Assembly: GCA_045646605.1 (NCBI GenBank)
Contig: JAZRLA010000005.1
Span: 11,519 to 75,518 of the forward strand
Origin: Candidatus Enterousia sp.
GTDB taxonomy: Bacteria; Pseudomonadota; Alphaproteobacteria; Rs-D84
Length of the DNA stretch: 64,000 nucleotides
Reading direction: 5' to 3'
Shown: in pieces, positions 1 through 11,500 of the stretch
Position numbering within the stretch: position 1 is the first letter of the stretch
How the letters are laid out: every line of letters starts with the position of its first letter
Notes under the pieces: model-generated
Told to the model about the DNA's origin: nothing
The model's input: the letters and a program-made list of their open reading frames with translations, nothing else
Databases searched by the model: none
Program-made: the position numbers and the translations under genes

Positions 1-2243
1 GCATATTTTGCAAATTCCTTGAACTTTTCCCACAAATCTTTGGCCGTGGCTTCATCCAATGTTCCTTCTTTCTTGCAACCTTCTTGGAATTTAACCTCTA
101 ATTTTGCAAGCAATTCCAATTTCTTTTTACCCATCGCCTTGCGCACGGTATCGGATTCACCACGCGTAAAGCCCGCCAGTGCGCGCGTCAACTGCATAAC
201 CTGTTCTTGATACACAATAATCCCATATGTTTCCTTTAATATTGGCTCCGCCTTGGGGTGCACATATTCAATTTCTTCTTCGCCATGCATACGCGCGATA
301 AACTGTGGGATAAAGGCGATTGGCCCCGGACGATTCAACGCATTCAACGCCGATATTTCCAAAAAACTTGTCGGATGCATTTTACGCAATGTTTGTTGCA
401 CAAACGGGGCATCGAATTGGAATATACCTTCGGTCATACCCGATTGCCAAAGTTCCAAAGTCTTTTTGTCATCTGTGGGAATTTCATCAAGCATCACATT
501 AATACGACGCGTTTTTTGAATAAGTTTTGTTGCGTATTTTAACACAACCAGGGTTTCCAAACCCAAAAAGTCAAACTTGATAAGTCCCGCCGATTCCAAA
601 TAATGCCCATCAAACTGACACGATGGCAACGGATTTGCCGGATCGCGATACACCGGGGCGATTTTTGTTGTCGGCCGGTCACCGATAACCACCCCACACG
701 CATGCTGGCCCAAATTTCGGAATGAACCCTCCAATTCTTCAGCCACAGAAACAACCTTATTCATGTCCGAATCTGTGCTTAATACATTTTGAATTTCTTG
801 CGACGTATCAACAGCTTCTTTTAATGTTTTCGCGTCCATAGGTATCATTTTTGAAAGCCGATCCGACTTTGAATACGGCATACCATAAACACGCCCAATA
901 TCACGAATTGCACCCCGCGCCTGCAAACTGCCAAATGTGATAATACGACACACAGAATCATGCCCATATTTATCACAGATATATGCCAAAACCTGTTCAA
1001 TGCCCGTCGGTTCAAAATCCACATCAAAATCCGGCATCGATATACGATCCGGATTCAAAAATCTTTCAAACAACAATCCATATTTTAACGGATTCACATG
1101 TGTAATCCCCATTGCCCACGCCACAATAGAGCCCGCACCCGAACCGCGCCCGGGCCCGGTCAAAATATCATGTTTGCGACACCAATCAATATAATCCGCA
1201 ACAATCAAAAAATATCCTGGAAACCCCATACCAATAATAACATCTAACTCGTACTTCGCCTGATCAAAATAAGGGGCTGTATCTGTTATTCCTTGTTGTT
1301 TCAATCGCTCTGTTAACCCATTCATTGTCATATCGCGTAGCATTTGACATTCTGATTCAAAATCATCACCAAAACGCGGCAAAAGCGGCTTTTCATGAAC
1401 ATTCACAAAGAACGCACACCGATTTGCAATTTTTACAGTATTCTCAATCGATTCTGGCAAATCGCTAAACAAATCACACATCTCTTCCGCGGTCTTAAAA
1501 TACTGCTCGGAAGATTTGCGTGGCCGTTCCGGATCAATAACCTTGGTCTGTCCCAACACGCACCCCAATGCATCCATCGCCTCGTAATCAGACGGATGCG
1601 CAAAACAAACATCATTTGTTGCAACAACCGGTATATTTAAATCTTTTGCAATCTCTAAAAACACCGGCTCGGTTTTAATTTCATTCTCCAACCCATGCCT
1701 TTGAATTTCCATATAAAACCGGTCGCCAAAGATTTCAACAAAACGCCCCGCATATTCCCGTGCAAGGCCACGCTGTTCATTCAATACCGCCATACCAATC
1801 GGCCCCAAATGTGCACCAGACAAACATATCACGCCACCCGCATGCGCCGCCAATTCGTCAATCGTTATATATGGCCCCAAATGATGATTTTCACCCCGCA
1901 TATACATTATACGGCTAAGTTCGCACAAGTTTAAGTACCCATCGTGATTCTGGGCCAACAAAACGATTTTGGAAAGTGACGATTCACGCAAAATTTTTGG
2001 ATCCGCCGTATGGTGATTCAGCGATATTTCAACACCGATTATCGGCTGAATTTTCGCAGACGGCATAACATCAGAAAACTCTGCACAACCAGACATCATG
2101 TTGGTATCAGTAATCGCGCACGCAAACATGCCGTTTTCCGCGCATAATTTTGGTACATCCTTGACCCGCAGGGTACTTGCCCCGATGGATAACCGCGTAT
2201 GTGTCCTAAGATGAATAAAGTTCCCTTGCATACCAAAGACCAT
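1..2243 (-). CDS. dnaE: DNA polymerase III alpha subunit, N-terminal ~747 codons (3' end lies beyond window start)
   Basis: Absent from the ORF track because there is no stop codon inside the window. Manual translation of the minus strand from the ATG at 2243-2241 gives an uninterrupted frame: MVFGMQGNFIHLRTHTRLS...GPGRGSGAGSIVAWAMGITHVNP...LFERFLNPDRISMPDFDVDF...GIIVYQEQVMQL. These are typical PHP and polymerase-core motifs of DnaE. Confidence 0.93.
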   Translation of the reverse strand, partial: MVFGMQGNFIHLRTHTRLSIGASTLRVKDVPKLCAENGMFACAITDTNMMSGCAEFSDVMPSAKIQPIIGVEISLNHHTADPKILRESSLSKIVLLAQNHDGYLNLCELSRIMYMRGENHHLGPYITIDELAAHAGGVICLSGAHLGPIGMAVLNEQRGLAREYAGRFVEIFGDRFYMEIQRHGLENEIKTEPVFLEIAKDLNIPVVATNDVCFAHPSDYEAMDALGCVLGQTKVIDPERPRKSSEQYFKTAEEMCDLFSDLPESIENTVKIANRCAFFVNVHEKPLLPRFGDDFESECQMLRDMTMNGLTERLKQQGITDTAPYFDQAKYELDVIIGMGFPGYFLIVADYIDWCRKHDILTGPGRGSGAGSIVAWAMGITHVNPLKYGLLFERFLNPDRISMPDFDVDFEPTGIEQVLAYICDKYGHDSVCRIITFGSLQARGAIRDIGRVYGMPYSKSDRLSKMIPMDAKTLKEAVDTSQEIQNVLSTDSDMNKVVSVAEELEGSFRNLGQHACGVVIGDRPTTKIAPVYRDPANPLPSCQFDGHYLESAGLIKFDFLGLETLVVLKYATKLIQKTRRINVMLDEIPTDDKKTLELWQSGMTEGIFQFDAPFVQQTLRKMHPTSFLEISALNALNRPGPIAFIPQFIARMHGEEEIEYVHPKAEPILKETYGIIVYQEQVMQLTRALAGFTRGESDTVRKAMGKKKLELLAKLEVKFQEGCKKEGTLDEATAKDLWEKFKEFAKY

Positions 2244-2283
2244 AGCAAAAAAATAATCGCCCCGTCTATAATATTTTTATAAA

Positions 2284-2310
2284 AAACAACCCCGAAAAAA
2301 TCGGGGATTG
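2284..2310 (-). terminator. Rho-independent terminator downstream of secA
   Basis: The CCCCGA/TCGGGG stem (2290-2306) is followed on the minus strand by a T-run, immediately after the secA stop codon at 2313-2315. Confidence 0.6.
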
Positions 2311-2312
2311 TT

Positions 2313-4922
2313 TTACTTCAACTTGCCGCAACAATGTTTGTATTTTAATCCAGAACCACACGGGCAGGGCGCATTTCGCCGCGCTTCACCCGCGGTGTTT
2401 AACGCCTGGTCATGCTCTGCGCGTTGTTTTTCGGTCGCATCCACATCCGCCCGCGTCAGTTCCATACGCGAAATATACGCAACAGACATAATTTTGAAAT
2501 TATTTATTGTGTTTTTAAATATCCCCAACGCTTCACGCTTGTATTCATAAAGCGGATTTTTTTGCGCATAACCGCGCAGTCCAATTCCGGTCTGCAAATA
2601 ATCCATCTGCTGTAAATGTTGTTTCCAAACCGAATCAAGCGCGCCCAGCATCATTTGACGCGTCGCCGTCTGCATCATGTCGGGGCCATATTTTTCGGCC
2701 TGTTGATTATACCGCTGCATTGCAAGTTGCAACAAGGTTTCATATGCCTTACGTTCATTGATATTTTCATCGGTTTTCCAACTTTCGATATCCGTAATAT
2801 CCAATGCAAACACACGCACCATTGCATCATGCAGTCCCCGTATATTCCAATCGGCCGGCAAAGTTTTTTCCGGAATATTATTTTCACAGATTATTTCGAC
2901 AACGTCACCTATCATTTCGTGTGCCAGTCCCGACAAATCTTTCGATGTCATCAAATCATCACGCTGTTTATAGACAACACCACGTTGCTCGTTCATAACA
3001 TCATCGTATTTCAGCAATTCTTTGCGCGCCTCAAAATACCGGGCCTCGACACGTTTTTGCGCCTTTTCCAACGCCTTGGTTATCCACGGATGCGTAATCG
3101 CCTCGCCCTCTTTAAGGCCAAGCGTGGTAAGCATACCACTTAAACGACTTGCGCCAAAAATCCGCATTAAATCATCATCCAATGCCAAGAAAAACTTTGA
3201 ATCACCGGGATCGCCCTGACGTCCACTGCGTCCACGCAATTGGTTATCAATACGACGTGATTCATGCCGTTCGGTACCAATAACATACAAACCGCCCGCA
3301 TCCAGAACAATTTTTTTGTTCTGTTCAATCGTATCGTAAATCTCTTTCTTTTTTTGCTCATAATCCGGCGCATCTTTATCCAAATCAGCAATCAAATCTT
3401 CGGCGTTTCCACCAAGTTTAATATCCGTTCCACGACCCGCCATATTTGTTGCAATCGTCACCGCACCCGGCGCACCGGCCTGGGCAACAATCTTTGCCTC
3501 TGATTCATGATGTTTTGCATTTAACACCGCCGGATTTATATTTAACTTCTTGCGCACAATTTCCGCCAACTCTTCGGATTTTTCAATTGAAACAGTCCCG
3601 ACCAAAACCGGCTGTTTTCGTTTAAGACAATCGTCTATCTGATTGATAATAGCGTTATATTTTTCCTGTTTGTTTCTATAAATTTCATCATGATGGTCCA
3701 CACGTGCAACCGGCCGGTTTGTTGGAATCGACACAACACGCAACTTATAAATTTCTTCAAATTCGGCGGCTTCGGTCATCGCGGTTCCGGTCATCCCGGC
3801 AAGCGTTTCATAAAGCCGGAACAGGTTTTGGTACGAAATACTGGACACCGTTTGATTTTCTGGTTGCACCGTAACATGCTCTTTGGCCTCTATCGCCTGA
3901 TGCAGACCGCGTCCAAACCGTCGTCCGGTCATAACACGTCCTGTAAATTCATCAACGATTAAAACCTCACCATTTCTAACCACATAATTCACATTTTTCT
4001 GAAACAAATGATGCGCAAGTAACGATTGTTGCACATGCATAACAACGGCGGCATTTTCCGGTGCATAAAGGTTGTCACCCACAAGAAGCCCCGCATCAGC
4101 CAATAAACGCGTCACCGAATCCACACCAACCTCGGTCAATGTCACATGCCGATCTTTTTCATCTTTTTTGTAATCATCCGGTGCAAGTTTCGCAACAACC
4201 GCATCAACCCGATTGTAAAGATCGCTAATATCTTCGGACGGACCAGAAATGATAAGTGGTGTGCGTGCTTCATCAATCAAAATACTATCAACTTCGTCAA
4301 CAATACCAAAAAACAACGGTCGCAAAACCTGTTGATTCTTGGAAAATTTCATATTATCACGCAGGTAATCAAACCCAAGTTCGGAATTTGTGACATACGT
4401 TATATCACACGCATACGCGGCACGCCGTTCATCGTCGGTCATATCATGTTGAATAATTCCAACAGACAATCCCAAAAATTCATACACACGCCCCATCCAT
4501 TTTGCATCACGCGACGCCAAATAATCGTTCACCGTAATAAGGTGTGCACCACGTCCATGCAGTGCTTTTAGATACAACGCCAATGTCGCAACCAGTGTTT
4601 TACCTTCACCAGTTTTCATTTCGGCAATTTGACCATTATTCAAAACCATACCACCAATTAATTGCACATCAAAATGGCGCAGACCAATGGACCGCTTGGC
4701 TGCTTCGCGCACCAATGCGAATGCATCAGGCAAAACATTTTTTTCTTTTTCGCCACTTTGTAACCGCGCACGCAACGCATCCGTTTGCGCCCGCAATTCG
4801 TCATCCGTCATACCACAGTATTTCGGTTCCAAATCGTTAATCAACGATACCGTTTTGCCATAAGATTTTACCAATCGGTCATTCGCCGACCCCAATATTT
4901 TTTGAATAATATTCATAGCCAT
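2313..4922 (-). CDS. secA: Preprotein translocase ATPase SecA
   Basis: 869-aa ORF. It has the N-terminal MAMNIIQKILGSANDRLVKSY, the DEAD-like motor motif MKTGEGKTLVATL and DEVDSILIDEARTPLIISG, and the C-terminal zinc motif CPCGSGLKYKHCCG. Confidence 0.97.
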   Translation of the reverse strand: MAMNIIQKILGSANDRLVKSYGKTVSLINDLEPKYCGMTDDELRAQTDALRARLQSGEKEKNVLPDAFALVREAAKRSIGLRHFDVQLIGGMVLNNGQIAEMKTGEGKTLVATLALYLKALHGRGAHLITVNDYLASRDAKWMGRVYEFLGLSVGIIQHDMTDDERRAAYACDITYVTNSELGFDYLRDNMKFSKNQQVLRPLFFGIVDEVDSILIDEARTPLIISGPSEDISDLYNRVDAVVAKLAPDDYKKDEKDRHVTLTEVGVDSVTRLLADAGLLVGDNLYAPENAAVVMHVQQSLLAHHLFQKNVNYVVRNGEVLIVDEFTGRVMTGRRFGRGLHQAIEAKEHVTVQPENQTVSSISYQNLFRLYETLAGMTGTAMTEAAEFEEIYKLRVVSIPTNRPVARVDHHDEIYRNKQEKYNAIINQIDDCLKRKQPVLVGTVSIEKSEELAEIVRKKLNINPAVLNAKHHESEAKIVAQAGAPGAVTIATNMAGRGTDIKLGGNAEDLIADLDKDAPDYEQKKKEIYDTIEQNKKIVLDAGGLYVIGTERHESRRIDNQLRGRSGRQGDPGDSKFFLALDDDLMRIFGASRLSGMLTTLGLKEGEAITHPWITKALEKAQKRVEARYFEARKELLKYDDVMNEQRGVVYKQRDDLMTSKDLSGLAHEMIGDVVEIICENNIPEKTLPADWNIRGLHDAMVRVFALDITDIESWKTDENINERKAYETLLQLAMQRYNQQAEKYGPDMMQTATRQMMLGALDSVWKQHLQQMDYLQTGIGLRGYAQKNPLYEYKREALGIFKNTINNFKIMSVAYISRMELTRADVDATEKQRAEHDQALNTAGEARRNAPCPCGSGLKYKHCCGKLK

Positions 4923-5049
4923 CTTTTTTCCTTGTCTTAATTTCTATCTGTATAGCAGATTTTACGCCTTGCGGTCAAGTTACTTTATGATATAATGCAA
5001 GAAAAGCAATAAACAAGAACAAAAATAAAAAAAAAGAGTAGGGGAAAAC

Positions 5050-5265
5050 ATGAAAAACACCACAAAACAACTTAGTCCGGACAATATAACCAGTGATATT
5101 TTCATCATTTCACCGGCACAGATCGAATATATTGCACAAATATTCACAAAAAACTTTGCTGATTCCATGAACATGCGCACTTTTTCGGGGCGCATAAATG
5201 AAATCGCGCGCGAATCGTTGCACACGGCACTTAAATCCGCCCGTACAATGGGAACCAAGTGTTAG
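5050..5265 (+). CDS. Hypothetical small protein (71 aa)
   Basis: ATG preceded by GGGGA 6 nt upstream. The sequence is non-repetitive and looks like a real protein. Its TAG stop is the first TAG of the adjacent repeat arm. No recognisable family. Confidence 0.35.
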   Translation: MKNTTKQLSPDNITSDIFIISPAQIEYIAQIFTKNFADSMNMRTFSGRINEIARESLHTALKSARTMGTKC

Positions 5266-5476
5266 TGGACAGTGCAAGTGGTTAGTCGTCTCTGGAATTA
5301 GTTTGTAATTAGGCAATTATTCCGGAAAGCAAAGTTCCCCTCCTGTGGAGGGGTGGCCGCAGGCAGGGGTGGTCTTTTATAAACTATTCGAAATAGCACA
5401 CCCCGCCCCGTTCCACGGGGCACCCCTCTCATAGAGGGGAACTTGGTCCGCGTCCACACTAACACTAACCACTAAG
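5259..5476. repeat. Composite intergenic repeat: stop-rich arms flanking an inverted pair of GC-rich double-hairpin units
   Basis: The left arm is GTGTTAGTGGAC...GTGGTTAGT (5259-5288) and the right arm is GTCCACACTAACACTAACCACTAAG (5452-5476). Unit GTTCCCCTCCTGTGGAGGGGTGGCCGCAGGCAGGGGTGGTCT lies at 5334-5375, with an inverted, diverged copy at 5399-5442. Confidence 0.75.
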
Positions 5477-5477
5477 A

Positions 5478-5497
5478 AACCGGGCTTTTGCCCGGTT
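5478..5497 (-). terminator. Rho-independent terminator downstream of the giant gene (possibly bidirectional)
   Basis: AACCGGGC-TTTT-GCCCGGTT hairpin about 30 nt past the stop codon at 5527-5529. On the minus strand it is followed by TTTCTT. Confidence 0.6.
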
Positions 5498-5526
5498 CAC
5501 GTTTGTGTTGTTGTGAAACTTTTTCC

Positions 5527-8500
5527 TTAATCGCGCTGTGCAAACCCGGCGGGCTGAACATCATCAGGCCTATCGGCATGATACACATTACCACCATACG
5601 ACATATTCAAACTGTTTGTGCCACCATTACCCGTCGCCAACGGCACATAACATTGCTTATTACCCAGCTTTATATTTATTGACGGCGTCGTAAGTTTATC
5701 CGTCAACACCGGAAATGCATTCAGCGCACCCACATGCAATTCATCAATCGCCGCATTTGAACACATGGTTGTGCATTGCCCGTTATACCAATGTTGCCCC
5801 GCACTCAACCCCGGCGTGCAAGAAACCTTGCCATTCCACTTATCCGTAAACGGACTTGTTGTGACACGGGTCGTTCCACACGGACACGATGTCGCCAAAC
5901 CGCTACTGTAAAACACACTTGACATCATAGATTCCGGATCCTCCACTGGCCGCGTTACTTGCCCAAACAGGTTCACCGGCACATACCCCGTAAGACCACT
6001 GCAACCATAAAACGTTGCATAAAACGAAAACGTCTGAATTGGGCCTTCAAGATCAAGCCCCCCAAACAGATTACCCGGGATGGTCCCCGTAAGGCCACTA
6101 CACCCCCTAAATGTCTGGCTAAACGTACCGGCCTTTACGGTTCCATCAAAATGTCCCAACAAATAACTTGGAATTTCACCGGTCAATCCACTGCAACCAT
6201 AAAATGTCCTGTTAAATATATTGTCTTTTGGATCGCCAATTAACCCATAATATGTCCCATTAACCGTCCGCCCAAACAATGTTGTGGGTATTGTCCCCGT
6301 AAGGCCGCTGCAACCATTGAACAAATCCCTATATACACCAGATCTAGGTTCGCCACTTATTCCATAGAAAGTATCAACCCCATTAACCTGAACCACCCGA
6401 TTAAACAAATTACCCGGAATTGATCCCGTAAGGCCACTGCAACCCCAAAATGTCCCATAAAACATATTAACCGCCGGCACACCATTCAACCCATGATAAA
6501 CCCCATTTACAACCCGCCCAAACAGGGTTTCCGGTATTGCCCCCGTAAGGCCGCTGCAACCACGGAATGTCTCTCTAAACATGCCGTATGCCGGTGCCCC
6601 ATCAATACCAACATATTCACCATTTACCACGCGCCCAAACAAATCGGCCGGTATTGACCCCGTAAGGCCACTGCAACCACTGAACGTTCCATAAAAGACG
6701 TTCGTATTCGAACTCAGGTCCCCGGAAATACCCGCAAACAGCCCCGCCGGTATTGACCCCGTAAGGCTGCTACAATTCTTAAACGTCCCCGAAAATCCGG
6801 AAACATTACTCGGAGTTCCCTTTAACCCATAATAAACACCGCCGACATAACGTCCAAACAGGGTTTCCGGAATCGATCCCGTAAGGCCACTGCAATCATA
6901 AAATGTATTATAGAAAATTTGTCTTCCTGGGGCACCGTCTATCCCATGATAAACACCGTTTACAACCCGCCCAAACAGGTTTGCCGGAATCGACCCCGTA
7001 AGGCCACTGCAACCATAAAACGTCGTTGAAAACGCAAAGTTCGACGCGCCACCATCAATCCCGTGATAAACACCATTTACACCCCGTCCAAACAGGTTTT
7101 CCGGAATCGACCCCGTAAGGCCACTACAACCAAAAAATGTACCCGCAAACATTTGAATTTGCACTGCACCATCAATACCACTATATTCCCCGTTTTCAAC
7201 GCGACCGAACAAATCCGCGGGTATTGCCCCGGTTAAATGCGTACAACCACGGAAGGTTTCCTGAAACATTGACACACCCGTTGTCCCATTAACACCACTA
7301 AACAAATTCGAAAGTGACGCCATCGTCTGGGTCATATTTTTGGCATTACGGAACGTTTGATAAAAACGCGGTGTCATGTTATTTGCCCGACTGTCATCCA
7401 TCGCACGGAAAATCTTTCCCAAAGACCCTGCGACATGGTCAATATAAACCTCGGTCCCGTCACCATTTTCAACAATATTATCATCTTCGTCCACCGTCGC
7501 ATTAAAGAAACTTATCGCGGCATTGATACTCGAATTGGAATATCCGGCGGCGGCACCGTTAATCTTTATATCAAAGGTTTGCGTGCCGGAACCACTAAAT
7601 GTATACGTATGCGTATATTCGGTCTTGGTCACATCGGGGGAATTTACAACCTGAACCGCCGACGCATCACCCCAATCAATTGTAAAGTTACCCTTGGCCG
7701 CCATACTGAACTTAAACGTTGTATTGGTCGGCACCTTTACCGTAACTGTGAATGCGGGACTTACCTCACAAAGGCCGGTTTGATCATTTTTCGTATATCC
7801 CATCGCACAATCCCACTTTGCATACAACGGTTTGTTTCCATAATCCGTTGTGGTAATTTCATGCGGCGATGCACAACCGGTCGTTAAATTTGAATTGCGA
7901 CACCAACCGACGAACACACTGCCTGTGCGTGCGGGCACACCATACACCATCGTACCAACACCGGCGGTATATGACGTGGGATACGGCGTTGACAACACAT
8001 CCAACCCGGCACTAAGCGCGGTACTTCCGGTGGCGGTAAAGAATGTTCCCGACACCGTATCATATAACCCCAGTTCATTATTACTATTGCTGCGTGCCGG
8101 AATACCATTAAACATGACCGCACCCGTCGCATCATCATAGATTAACACATGATAGACCTGACCCAAAAATCCACGGTTCGCATTTGTTCCCGCATTCAAC
8201 AGCCAAATGGTTCCGTTATTCAACACATTTGCACGGGTCACCGTTGTCGTTTCACCATTCGCGGCAAGTACCGCACGATTATGATATTCGGACGACGAAT
8301 TGGTATCAAATGACAACGTAAGGCGCGTCCGATTCGTCGCCGACGAATTGGTTAACTTGTAACCCGAACTAAGGCCCCATTTATTACTATACACACCCGC
8401 AAATGTCCCAATATATTCACCACTATAATACCCAGCAAGGAATTTTACAGTATTTGAACTTTCGCCCGTATATTGTGCATCGATAACAACACGTTTGCCA

Positions 8501-11500
8501 ATTCCGTAAATACCGGTATCAATCTTTTGATTACCATCGGACACAAGATATTCAACCTGGGTATATCCACTTGGCACCGCACTTGAATTTGCGGTTGCAC
8601 CATTCCACTCATACGATATGTCATACGCATTCGCGGTCCAGTGTGCATACAACGTCGCATTACTAAGGTATGTTGTATTTGGGGGCAGTGTCCATGTGCC
8701 ATTACTATATGTTCCAACCGGATTTCCACCCGTTGGCGCATCAAAATATCCCATAAACGTGTATCCCGCACGCGTCGGCAACCTGGTACCGGTAAATGCG
8801 GTAACCTCTACCGGTGAATTCGGATTCGGATCATCAATCGACACCGCATCCGGAGTCACAAACCACATGGTGCCGTACTTTTCATATACAACCGATTGCG
8901 AATGCGTCCAATTTGTCGCATCATTATGATTCTTATTCAATGTAATTGTGTACACCCTACCTTCGCATACCGGATTATACGCACTTTGACCCGATGTATA
9001 AACATAACCCGTATTACAAGATGTAGTATAAACCACATTTTCCCCGCTAACACTAAGATTACACGTGGCGTGCGTCGGATCACAATCATGTGCCCATCCG
9101 GCATAAAGCGTCTCGGCCACTGTCACATCCCATGCATTACCGGCGACGGTTGGTTGGCCTTGGTCATCAATAATCCGTTGTGAAAAGTTAGACCCAAGTG
9201 ATGACGACGTTACATCCGCCACCTGATTAGAATAAAACCCACGAAATGTCCAATCACTCCGACGCGGTATAATATTCAACCCAAATTCAGCCAAGGTGGT
9301 GCATTTACCATCATCATACCACGTCGCCGGTTCGCCACTCTTTTTGTAAAGCATGGCAACAGTTCCCGCAATACCACCATTCGGCCCCAATCTAATCGCA
9401 TTACACGTCGGGGTCCACGTTGCCGTTATTGTCACGGACGTTTCATTCGGCGTTTCATATACGCCAAGGTTATTGTAATTACACGTAATCGTACTTCCAT
9501 CATTAAACGTATGCCCCGCAACCGACCATTGATCAAACGTATAGCCTGTCGTGGTAATCGCCGCCGGCAATGTAAGTGTTCCACCATACGTGCATATCGC
9601 CGGCGACGATGGTGCGGTTCCATGCCCACCATTATTATACGTCACCGATATAGTATTTCCAACACACGAACCATTACTATCCAAATGATATCCAGACACG
9701 CACGACCATTTCGCATACAACGTTTTATCCCCATAATCCGTCGTGGTAATTTCATGCGGCAACACGCAATTGATACTAAGGCTTGAATCGGCGCACCATG
9801 CCTCAAACACACTGTTTGTGCGCGTCGGCACCCCATAAATCGTTGCACCCACGCCATATGTGTATTGGTTTGGATACGGCGTCGTGACCGGATTACCAGC
9901 GGTAAACGCACCACTGTCCGCATCATTAGTAAGGAATCTTCGCGACACCAGGTCATAAATTCCCGGCACATTCAAACTGTTCAGCGCCGGAACACCATTA
10001 AACAGCAATTTACCGGTATCTTTATCATATATTGCAACATGATAAATACGCCCAACAAACCCGTATGTGGTATTAACGACCGTGTATCCGCCATTAAACA
10101 GTACTATCGGCGCATCTTCCCGCGTATTCGAACGCGTATATTCCACCGATTCGCCATTTGCGGTAAGTATCGCATGTGTATAATTATTCGCATTCCGATC
10201 AAAGACAACCGAAACCGTCGTTCGATCACTTGCCGAAACAGATGTTATATAAGAGGAATTCAACGCCCATTTGCCCGAACGTACGGCCACAAATGTCCCT
10301 GTATAATTCATGTCATACCCCGCAAGAATCTTTAACGCGGTATCAGTCCCCGTATATTGTGCATCAACAACAACGCGTTTATTTAACCCCATAATACCGG
10401 TATTAATAAACGGTGTGCCATCCGACGCAATATATTCCAACTGCGTATAACCGTTTGGCAATGATGTTGAATTCGATGTTCCGCCGTTCCACTCATACGT
10501 TATATTATACGTAATCGGCGTCCACCGGGCATATACCGTCGTGTTTTCCGTAACTGTTGTTGCCGATGGCGCGGTCCATGTTACTTCATCAAATATTCCG
10601 TTGCCACCCACGTTTATAGTGAACGTTCCAAATTCATTTCCACCCGTCGCCGCGGCGGTATCATAATATCCGTCAAAGGAATATCCCGTCCGCGTTGGCA
10701 AACTATCCTCCGAAAGGGTAAATGACGGCCTAAACTGGCTATTTTGCAATTTCGACCAACCGGTACCATATTTTTCATAAATTGTCGGCGTTGGATCTAT
10801 ATATCCGGATGCATCACTATGATTTTTACTCAGGGTAACCGTATAAGTATTTCCGACACACGAATTTCCCGACGCGGTGTATCCCGGCTTGCATGTCCAT
10901 TTCGCGTAAAGGTAAACCAACCCCGTATCCGTTGTGGTGACTTCATGTGGCGCCATTGCGCACCCCGTGCTAAGTGCCGAATCACGACACCAACCAACAA
11001 ACACACTGCCTGCGCGCTTTGGCACACCATAAACATCCACACCCACACCAACATTATATGTTGTGGGATACGCTGTCGTGACCGCCGGCCCCGCATCAAA
11101 ATCTGTACCAGTTATACTCGTAAAGAAATTACCACTAACCAAATCATAAAAACCGGAAACATTCGAACTATTCTTTGCCGGAATCAGGTTCATTATATCC
11201 TTTTGATTTTCATCAATTATTCTGAATCCGTAAATATTACCAACAAACCTACTTGGACTAATACCATCATAATTACGCGCCGTTCCAAACAACAACGTAT
11301 CAGGTGTCGTAAAGTCCGCACTCTGCGCTGGATACGTCGTTGTTGTTCCGTCAACGGTCAACCCACTAACATTTTGTATTACCGTATGTACCCTATTTAA
11401 TGACAATGTTTTTGATATCGCCTTGCTACCAAACCGCCAATTACCCGACATATACCCGGTTATACTTGCCGTATCATTACTTGTCGCATTGCGAACACCA

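Noticed and set aside
1-2243. The region has no long ORF in the supplied track, which could be read as non-coding DNA or a decayed pseudogene.
   Set aside because: Manual translation of the minus strand from 2243 gives an unbroken DnaE reading frame that leaves the window. The track omits ORFs that have no stop codon inside the window. The same applies to tcdA at 63534-64000.
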